Made by a program: the position numbers and the translations under genes
In this document: in pieces, positions 28,867 to 35,621 of the stretch
Numbering within the stretch: the stretch's first letter is position 1
Layout: every line of letters begins with the position of its first letter
From: a virus
Taxonomy: Duplodnaviria > Caudoviricetes
Strand: one strand, 5' to 3'
Virus record (IMG/VR): IMGVR_UViG_3300021255_001866
Coordinates: 25,314-89,313 of that record
Length of the DNA stretch: 64,000 nt
Notes under the pieces: model-generated
Databases searched by the model: none
Told to the model about the DNA's origin: nothing
What the model saw: only the letters and a program-made list of their open reading frames with translations

Positions 28867-29256
28867 ATGGGTCTGGATAATGGTGTGATTGTACGTGGTG
28901 TAAAACGTAAAGATTTACCGCGGTTTATTAAATATCCTTTTGAAAAAGATTATAACGATGGTGTAGAAGTATGTTATTGGCGGAAGTGCTGGGGACTCCG
29001 TAACTGGTTTTTACAATTTGCTTTTCCTAATAGGCCAGCAAATGAGTGGGAATTTAAATGTGGAGTGGAAGAAATTACTTATCTTTGGCGTATTGTTATC
29101 CATTATTTAAAGAATCCCGAAGATTGGGACAATTCAATTTGGGATTTCAACGAGATCAAATCAACCCTTAAAGAGCAGAAGTGGAATCTTTTTTGGCTTA
29201 GAATCTGGATGAAACGACATCCAGATGTAGAGGTGATATTCTATGACAGCTATTAA
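28867..29256 (+). CDS. Conserved hypothetical phage protein
   Basis: MGLD...YWRK...YDSY pattern; intact ORF. Confidence 0.6.
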   Translation: MGLDNGVIVRGVKRKDLPRFIKYPFEKDYNDGVEVCYWRKCWGLRNWFLQFAFPNRPANEWEFKCGVEEITYLWRIVIHYLKNPEDWDNSIWDFNEIKSTLKEQKWNLFWLRIWMKRHPDVEVIFYDSY

Positions 29257-29519
29257 AATACCGATGCTGTTTAAGTATACAGTGGATTATTTTGATAATG
29301 ATTTAGACGAACCAGCAACCGAATCTGGTATAGTTGCGGCGCTTTCTTATGGCTCGGCCGCTGATTATGTAGTACATCTATATGGTTCTGATAATGTTGT
29401 TGGAATTGAACTCTATGAAACTATAATCTGTTTGAGTAAAGATGACTTAAAAGAGATATTCAAATAAAAATTTGATTTTCTTTTAATTTTATATTATAAT
29501 ATATATAGAAAGTGAGAGA

Positions 29520-30680
29520 GAAAAGATGCATTAAATGTCTCTTTTTTCTCCGAGTCGAGACACCCAATGGCCCTCGGTATTAAAACAGGGAGTTGACTTT
29601 TCAGATGGTCTGATATACACTTGAGTGGTTTCAACAAGGTAAACCAAATAGATCGTATATCCGCATCGTTTAAGGTAGGTTTAATCTGCGATAGTGATGG
29701 TAAAACCTCCAACTTTGCAAAGCGGTTTCGCTTGACCGCCCTGCGGGGAAATAAGATACAAATTTATAAAAGGCTTGAAAACCTGGCGGGACACCGCGAA
29801 GAGTTCCGTTCTTGTTGTCCGATGACAGACACTTGTCGAATAATAAAAAAAATTTAGAGTCATACAAAGAGGAATGCTGTGAGACGTGAGGGGATGCCTG
29901 AAGTAGACGAAACAGTATGTGTACAGCCTCCGAGAAGTTGGGCACGAGACTTCTAATATGTACAGTATAAACAAGTGAAAGCGACTTAATAGAAGCAACA
30001 ACACTCTATTAAGTGTCCACAAAGGAAGGTGGTTTGTTTAACAGTAGGGGAGTTGTCCCTGGCCGATCTCTAAAAGTTCTCACAGGTCCAAGTTGAAATG
30101 AGAAGAGTTTTGATATAGGACATATGGACCTACGGTCGGTATGGAGACGACAAACCCATGCGAATCCGCACAAAACAAAACTTGCGGGAGGCGAGAGTAG
30201 GTTAAGTTGGCGGTTATACACCTACTATTTTTTAATTACGCTATAAAGAAACGCCCCGAGGCCAGAGGAAGTAGCGCCCCTTAGTCGATTATAGAAACGG
30301 GTGAGGTATCCTGACACGACCAGGCTCTGCATTGTCTTTATAGTCTAATTAATTAAGAAGAATATAAAGATTTAGGTGCTCAAATGCTGTAATTAGTAGG
30401 TAGTTTTGAAATACACGGTTTGGTAGCTACAAGCCTCCTATTAAGAAGAATGAGTTAAATGGAGTTTGAAGAACAGCCTTATAAAATGGCGGTAGGCAAG
30501 CACAAAAAGCCGTGAAGAAAATAATGCTCAGGAAAAGGACACGAGGAGAGAGAACTCCCGAATGTCTACGATATGAAGCGCGAGTAGATGTACAATAACA
30601 TCTGTGCAACCTTGATGAGATGCGTGTGATTGAGTTGGTGCTGGGTTGAGACCGACTGACGACTGCACACCCGCCATTTA
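29520..30680 (+). ncRNA. Candidate large structured ncRNA region (one or several RNAs)
   Basis: About 1.15 kb downstream of a promoter, with no credible ORF and many hairpins (e.g. CTATAAAGA/TCTTTATAG at 30240-30342); runs into the tRNA array. Confidence 0.55.
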
Positions 30681-30683
30681 TAT

Positions 30684-30760
30684 ACCCCAGCAGCTCAGTT
30701 GGTTTGAGCGTCCGACTTATAATCGGGTGATCGTTGGTTCGAATCCAACTTGGGGTACCA
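30684..30760 (+). tRNA. tRNA-Ile(TAT)
   Basis: Canonical cloverleaf; TCCGA-CT-TAT-AA-TCGGG; A73; CCA. Confidence 0.9.
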
Positions 30761-30762
30761 TA

Positions 30763-30912
30763 AAGACAGTATTACAGCAAATTTGTTTTCTGAACAAGTT
30801 ATTAGAATTGATCTTGTTTTGCTTGAGATCTTTTAAGTGGCTGAGTTTATAGTGGTTCTAATTTTCAAAGCCTACCGGTTCAACGGTGTTAAAAAGGAAC
30901 TTACTGTCTTGT
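30763..30912 (+). ncRNA. CAGCAA-handle RNA copy B
   Basis: AAGACAGTA-TTA-CAGCAA...TACTGTCTT-GT. Confidence 0.65.
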
Positions 30913-30916
30913 ATAT

Positions 30917-31469
30917 GGCTCCGTAGTTCAGCAACGAAGAATACCTGACTGTGTAAGAATATTTTTGAATAGGTTGATAAAATGAACACCTCTCAACTAG
31001 GAAACATTGGAGAAGTACGTGTTTTAAGTGAATTTGTAAAATTAGGAATACCTTGTTATTTACCTTATGGTGATGGTAATAAATGCGATTTAATTGCAGA
31101 TTTTAATGGAAAACTTAATAAAATTCAAATTAAAACTACAGAAAAATTAAATATTAATGGAGCGATGGAGTGGAAAGTTACCAGACAAGAAGGATTTCAT
31201 GGAAATCGTGTCCAATATAATAAAGAAGATATAGACTATTTCGCTTTTTATTGTATAGAAACTGATATAGTTTGTTTAGTTCCATTTGATGAAAATTTTC
31301 CTAGTACAACTTTATCAATTCGTATGGATAATTATGTTGGTAATAGATTAAAAACCATGCGATTTGTAAAAGATTATCAAATTAGTAATTTTATTAATTC
31401 ATAAGGTCATACCTTATTTCTTACACCACACTCAGGAGGTCGTGGGAGCAAAGCCCACCGGAGTCGCCA
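30917..31469 (+). tRNA. tRNA-Asp(GTC) split by a 476-nt intron (30953-31428)
   Basis: Exons 30917-30952 and 31429-31469 join to give CCTGA-CT-GTC-AC-TCAGG; G73; CCA. Confidence 0.85.
30982..31404 (+). CDS. PD-(D/E)XK endonuclease inside the tRNA-Asp intron
   Basis: GNIGE...PYGD...DLIAD...KIQIKT...IDYFAFY, resembling intron-associated PD-(D/E)XK nucleases. Confidence 0.85.
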   Translation: MNTSQLGNIGEVRVLSEFVKLGIPCYLPYGDGNKCDLIADFNGKLNKIQIKTTEKLNINGAMEWKVTRQEGFHGNRVQYNKEDIDYFAFYCIETDIVCLVPFDENFPSTTLSIRMDNYVGNRLKTMRFVKDYQISNFINS

Positions 31470-31584
31470 ACTGAGGAGAGTAAGCGCTCGAATTGACGAG
31501 CTACTACACACGACAGGGTCAGTTGTGATTCTCCGCATAGGAGTAGTTGCCCTATGTACCTATATAAATAGCAACTGATTTTTT

Positions 31585-31663
31585 GGGGAATGGGACTGCT
31601 TGGAGTGGTCATCCGCCTTGCACGCGGAAAAACAGATGGGGTCGGTGCCCATATTCTCCACCA
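31585..31663 (+). tRNA. tRNA-Ala(TGC)
   Basis: TCCGC-CT-TGC-AC-GCGGA; G3.U70; CCA. Confidence 0.85.
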
Positions 31664-31665
31664 TA

Positions 31666-31757
31666 GAGATACATACAGCAATTATAAAATGGTTAAAGAA
31701 ATGTTCTGCTAAAACGTTATCGAAAAGGTTCAAATCCTTTAAATTTCTGTATCTCGT
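31666..31757 (+). ncRNA. CAGCAA-handle RNA copy C (contains a Ser-GCT anticodon arm and a T-arm)
   Basis: GAGATACA-TA-CAGCAA...ATGTT-CTGCTAA-AACGT...AAAGG-TTCAAAT-CCTTT...TGTATCTC-GT. Confidence 0.7.
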
Positions 31758-31770
31758 ATTAAAAATATAT

Positions 31771-31845
31771 TGCTCAGTAGCTCAGAGGCAGAGCGCACGC
31801 CTGTTAAGCGTGATGTCGAGATATCGTAATTCTCCTGGGCAGCCA
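31771..31845 (+). tRNA. tRNA-Asn(GTT)
   Basis: CACGC-CT-GTT-AA-GCGTG; G73; CCA. Confidence 0.88.
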
Positions 31846-31847
31846 TA

Positions 31848-31976
31848 AAGACGTATACAGCAAAATCTTCTTTAAGAAGGATATGGGTTCGATTCCCATA
31901 ATTGGAGTGCTCCAATTTAGCCAAACGGTAAGGCAACAGTCTGATAACTGTGAATAAAATCTTATATACGTCTTGT
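31848..31976 (+). ncRNA. CAGCAA-handle RNA copy D (permuted T-arm / acceptor / D-arm)
   Basis: 10-bp stem AAGACGTATA/TATACGTCTT; inside ATGGG-TTCGATT-CCCAT, AATTGGA-GTGC-TCCAATT, GCC-AAACGGTAA-GGC. Confidence 0.75.
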
Positions 31977-31982
31977 TAATAT

Positions 31983-32118
31983 GCGGGCGTGGTGGAATAG
32001 GTAGACACCACAGACGCTAGTGTCCAGTGACAATTAGCTGGGGCAGCACCAGTGTCTAGCACCATTAAAATCTGTTGGGTTTTAGCCCGTGCCGGTTCAA
32101 GTCCGGCCGCCCGCACCA
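31983..32118 (+). tRNA. tRNA-Leu(TAA) split by a 49-nt intron (32016-32064)
   Basis: Removing GCTAG...CTAGCACCA gives ACAGA-CT-TAA-AA-TCTGT with a long variable arm, A73 and CCA. Confidence 0.85.
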
Positions 32119-32313
32119 AAATAAAAGGAGAATAAAATGACAATTCATAGATGCGATTTGTGTGGAAAAGAAGTTGGCGTATGGTTTAGTATCACTGCTA
32201 AAATAGATTCTACTTATCAAGCGACAAATGTTTATGATTTACTAAAATATCAAGGTAATTATGATATTTGTAGTAAATGTTTTAAGAGTTTGATTGATGA
32301 AAGAGTTAAATAA

Positions 32314-32388
32314 GCGCCACTAGTTCAGAAGTAGAACACTTGCCTTTTAAGCAAGGAGTGCGGGGAGCATTACCCCGGTGGCGCACCA
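32314..32388 (+). tRNA. tRNA-Lys(TTT)
   Basis: CTTGC-CT-TTT-AA-GCAAG; T-loop AGCATTA; CCA. Confidence 0.88.
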
Positions 32389-32482
32389 GGTAGGTCGTGC
32401 AACTATTGTGTACGTAGGCGAACGATACGGCATAAATGGTAAAATGGAGTTCGAATGACGCACGATAAATCCCCTACCACCA
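32389..32482 (+). ncRNA. tRNA-like RNA with acceptor stem and ACCA end
   Basis: GGTAGG.../...CCTACC-A-CCA directly abutting tRNA-Lys; no standard anticodon arm. Confidence 0.5.
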
Positions 32483-32485
32483 TTT

Positions 32486-32573
32486 GCCGTCGTACCCTAA
32501 TGGTAAGGGCCTGGCCTTGAAAGCCATGAGTAGGTGAAAGTCTATCGGGGTTCGAATCCTCGCGGCGGCGCCA
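32486..32573 (+). tRNA. tRNA-Ser(TGA)
   Basis: Loop CT-TGA-AA, long variable arm, G73, CCA. Confidence 0.85.
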
Positions 32574-32582
32574 TTTAAATAA

Positions 32583-33132
32583 GCCGGAGTCCCATAGTGG
32601 TCAATTGGAACGGTTTTGTTTACTGAATTTATTTATTATGGATTTATTAAGTTCTAAGCAAAAAGGGAATTTAACTGAGCTACAATGTATTACTAGCTTT
32701 TATGAATTAGGGTATACTGTGTCAATTCCTTATGGAGAAAATTCCCGTTATGATTTTATTGCGGATATTCATGGAAAATTAATTAAAGTTCAAGTTAAAA
32801 CTTCTTCTGAGAAAGATGAAGGAAAAACTTTTGAATTTTCTTGTCGAAGCACTAGAGTAAACGCTCAAGGCAATATTTCTAGGCAATATACAGCAGATGA
32901 AATTGATTATTTCTGTACTTATTTTAAAAATTAGTGCTATTTAATACCTATTTCGGAATGTTCTAGATCTAAAAAACTTAGATTAGAAGCTCCTATTAAT
33001 AATCAAAAGGTGGGGATTAATATGGCAAAAGATTATGAATTAATAACCCAACTTAATAAATTAAAAGGATAAACATTGGTAAACAAAGCCGTCGCGCAAG
33101 CTTCGTGAGTTCGAATCTCACTTCCGGCTCCA
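32583..33132 (+). tRNA. Class II tRNA, most likely Ser(TGA), split by a 466-nt intron (32619-33084)
   Basis: Exons 32583-32618 and 33085-33132 give ACGGT-TT-TGA-AA-GCCGT; other registers would give TCA or TGT; U73 is atypical. Confidence 0.7.
32638..33072 (+). CDS. PD-(D/E)XK endonuclease inside the second tRNA intron, 1 in-frame TAG
   Basis: KGNLTE...PYGENSRYDFIAD...KVQVKT...IDYFCTY; TAG at 32932, TAA at 33070; paralog of 30982-31404. Confidence 0.85.
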
Positions 33133-33135
33133 TAT

Positions 33136-33211
33136 GCGGACGTGGTGTAATTGGTAACACAACAATCTCCAAAATTGTTAGATTTAGGTTCGAGTCCTAA
33201 CGGTCGTGCCA
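33136..33211 (+). tRNA. tRNA-Trp(CCA)
   Basis: ACAAT-CT-CCA-AA-ATTGT; G73; CCA. Confidence 0.88.
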
Positions 33212-33362
33212 TAAGAGTTAGTGTAAATGATATACGAAAAAAGAAGTCGCGAATCTTTACCAGTATATCAGTATTGAGGACTATCGCGCGAAAGTCTGAC
33301 TATATGTAAGCACGCCCCATGTGGATTGGGGTAGAGCAGTAGAAATCTGGCACTCTTAACCA
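33212..33362 (+). ncRNA. 151-nt tRNA-like RNA with acceptor stem and ACCA end
   Basis: TAAGAGT/ACTCTTA-A-CCA; T-loop-like CAG-TAGAAAT-CTG; about 100 nt of multibranched insert. Confidence 0.55.
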
Positions 33363-34239
33363 AGTAAGTGAGGAATAAGTAATTAGCTATAATTACTACT
33401 AGTTAAATTATGCGTAAAAGGATTAGCCTTTCCAGAAAAGTTTGTGCCTGCGCAAATGTAATGGTACTGGTTCCGATGCCACAGATCATGGTGCATAAGC
33501 CAGCTTTAATATTAGGAGTTATTATGGATAATCAGATTTATTGGTTTATTACTGTATTTAAAGAGTTTGATAAAAATTATGGTATTAAAGGTGCACGGAC
33601 TTGGGGCTTTTATTCTAACAAAGAAGATGCTCTTGATACATTAACTAATAATCGTACAGATCTTTGGGAACGTTGTTATGATTATGCAGTTCTTGAAGCA
33701 TATTATGAAGGTATTAGTGGTTATGATTTTGAAGAAGAGCATATTTTCTTTCAATATGATTATGTAGAAAATAAATATTATCCAATAGGATATGAGCCAG
33801 AAGAAGTAAAGCATTATGTAGGATTTGCAATTGGATAAAATGAAAAGTCGTAATTGTCCAAACTGCGGCGCGCCGTATGATATAAATGAATATAAATGTC
33901 CTTATTGCGGTACTTTATATCTTGATCTTTCAATGATTGATTTCGATAATCAAACTCCATTATTTCTTTCAATTAAACAACATGGAGTAATAATTACTCA
34001 AAAGGTTTTACCACAAACCGCAGCGTTTGAAATGAATGAAGATGTGGTTTATGCGACATCTGTTCGTGATGATAAGCTAATGAGTTTTCCTATTAGTAGA
34101 AATTTAGAAACAAATATTCAATTTATTGCCATTCCGATGAAGGATAATAATTTAGCATATATAAAAGGAACTTGAATTGCTCACCAAAGAAAATTTGATT
34201 TTTCTTTAAATTTATAATATAATATATACAGAAAGTTGA

Positions 34240-34311
34240 GAGACACAAACAGCAAATTATTTAACATCATTCTGAACTTTTAATTCTGAAAACTATGTTA
34301 ACGTGTCTCGT
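34240..34311 (+). ncRNA. CAGCAA-handle RNA copy E (contains a Lys-TTT anticodon-loop mimic)
   Basis: GAGACAC-AAA-CAGCAA...CTGAA-CTTTTAA-TTCTG...GTGTCTC-GT, directly after a promoter. Confidence 0.7.
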
Positions 34312-34317
34312 TTTTAT

Positions 34318-34393
34318 CTGGGTGTACGCCAACTGGTAGACGGCCGCATTTGGGATGCGGAGGATGGGTGTTCAAACCACCCCACTCAGGCCA
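34318..34393 (+). tRNA. tRNA-Pro(TGG)
   Basis: CCGCA-TT-TGG-GA-TGCGG; CCA. Confidence 0.88.
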
Positions 34394-34514
34394 TAGGCAC
34401 AAACAGCAAATTAAAGATTAAATCTTTATGTTACTGGTTCGAGTCCAGTTTTGCAAGCCATTAATTTTGCATATTGATCAAATGGTAGATCGGAAGAATT
34501 ATTATGTGCCTAGT
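34394..34514 (+). ncRNA. CAGCAA-handle RNA copy F (permuted tRNA with internal CCA)
   Basis: TAGGCACA/TGTGCCTA stem; inside ACTGG-TTCGAGT-CCAGT, TTTGCAA-G-CCA-TTAATT-TTGCATA, GATC-AAATGGTA-GATC. Confidence 0.75.
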
Positions 34515-34518
34515 ATAT

Positions 34519-34593
34519 AGCCGAGTCGTATAGCGGCCTGTACGTGCGGCTTTGACCCGCAAAGTGAAGGATCGACACCTTCCTCGGCTGCCA
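34519..34593 (+). tRNA. tRNA-Gln(TTG)
   Basis: TGCGG-CT-TTG-AC-CCGCA; G73; CCA. Confidence 0.88.
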
Positions 34594-35158
34594 AAAGGAG
34601 AGTAATGATGAAAGATACACATTGTATAGCTGGATGTACTTATCGCATCAACACAAAAGAAGATCTTGATAGAGTTCTTCAAACAGATTGTTTCCTCTTG
34701 ATAAAAACGTATTATGAAATAAAACCTTGGTGGAAGATTGTATTTAAGCACAAAATTCTGTATTATGAAGTAATGTGTATCAATTCAGTTACTATTTCTC
34801 TTGGAAATGGCCGGTGATATTACGAGTTAAGTCTCGGTCTTTCGTGGACAAAGTTAACAAAACCACGACGAAGATTCTCAAAATGCTAGGATAATGAGAA
34901 TTGGTTTATTAATTATTAATAACGGTATAATGAAGATAAAATGGTAAGTAGTTATGCCAAAAGAGATTGTTCCACCCAGATGATTGTGACAGGGGTGTGA
35001 TTACAGCAGAACTAGAGCTGGAGAATGATAAAAACTATATCAATCTTACTAATGAGTTCTGAGGGTTGGATATAAATCGAGGGAAATAGGTCTAAGTAGT
35101 GCAAGCGGAGCTTAGAAAGTAAGAACTTGTTAGGACATTTTTTAATAGGAGAGATAAT

Positions 35159-35503
35159 ATGGATAATTATTTAGCTAGTAAGTCTTAGCTTACAAATAAA
35201 ATATTAGATTGGGTTAAAGATATATAGAATATCGAATGGCAAATGGATCGTCTTTATAAGATTAATCTCTACTTACTGAGACGATATAAAGATGATTTAA
35301 TAAAAGAATTTAATATTGAAATTCCAGAAGGAGTTTTTAATGATCCGTGGTTTAAATTATTAGAAACCACTTTTAATCAAAAGATAGATAAAGAAGATGA
35401 AACACTAATTATATCTTTAATAACCTCAAAAATTGAGGAAGAAATGAAAAAGGAAATGCCAGATCCTTGGTATTGCTATGGATTTGGTGGAAAAGAAAAT
35501 TAA
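35159..35503 (+). CDS. Hypothetical protein, 2 in-frame TAG
   Basis: RBS GGAG; ATG 35159 is in frame with track fragment 35243-35503 through two TAGs. Confidence 0.6.
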
Positions 35504-35621
35504 CTACAGCTTTACTGAGAATTCCTTATTGGGAACGTGATAATTTAAGTTTAGAATTATTATTTAATAATAAGTATATTATATAACTACGGTCTTGACT
35601 AAGACTAAGAAGGAGAGTTTT

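Noticed and set aside
30299-30676. tmRNA (GGGTG...CACCC-G-CCA)
   Set aside because: No G3.U70 pair, no T-arm before the 3' end, and no evident tag ORF.
30953-33084. tRNA introns as group I or archaeal BHB introns
   Set aside because: There is no room for a catalytic core, no terminal G and no P/Q/R/S elements, and a bulge-helix-bulge could not be drawn at the junctions.
32583-33132. Assignment as tRNA-Tyr(GTA)
   Set aside because: The D-arm register fixes the stem as ACGGT/GCCGT, leaving T32-T33-T34-G35; GTA would need an 8-nt loop.
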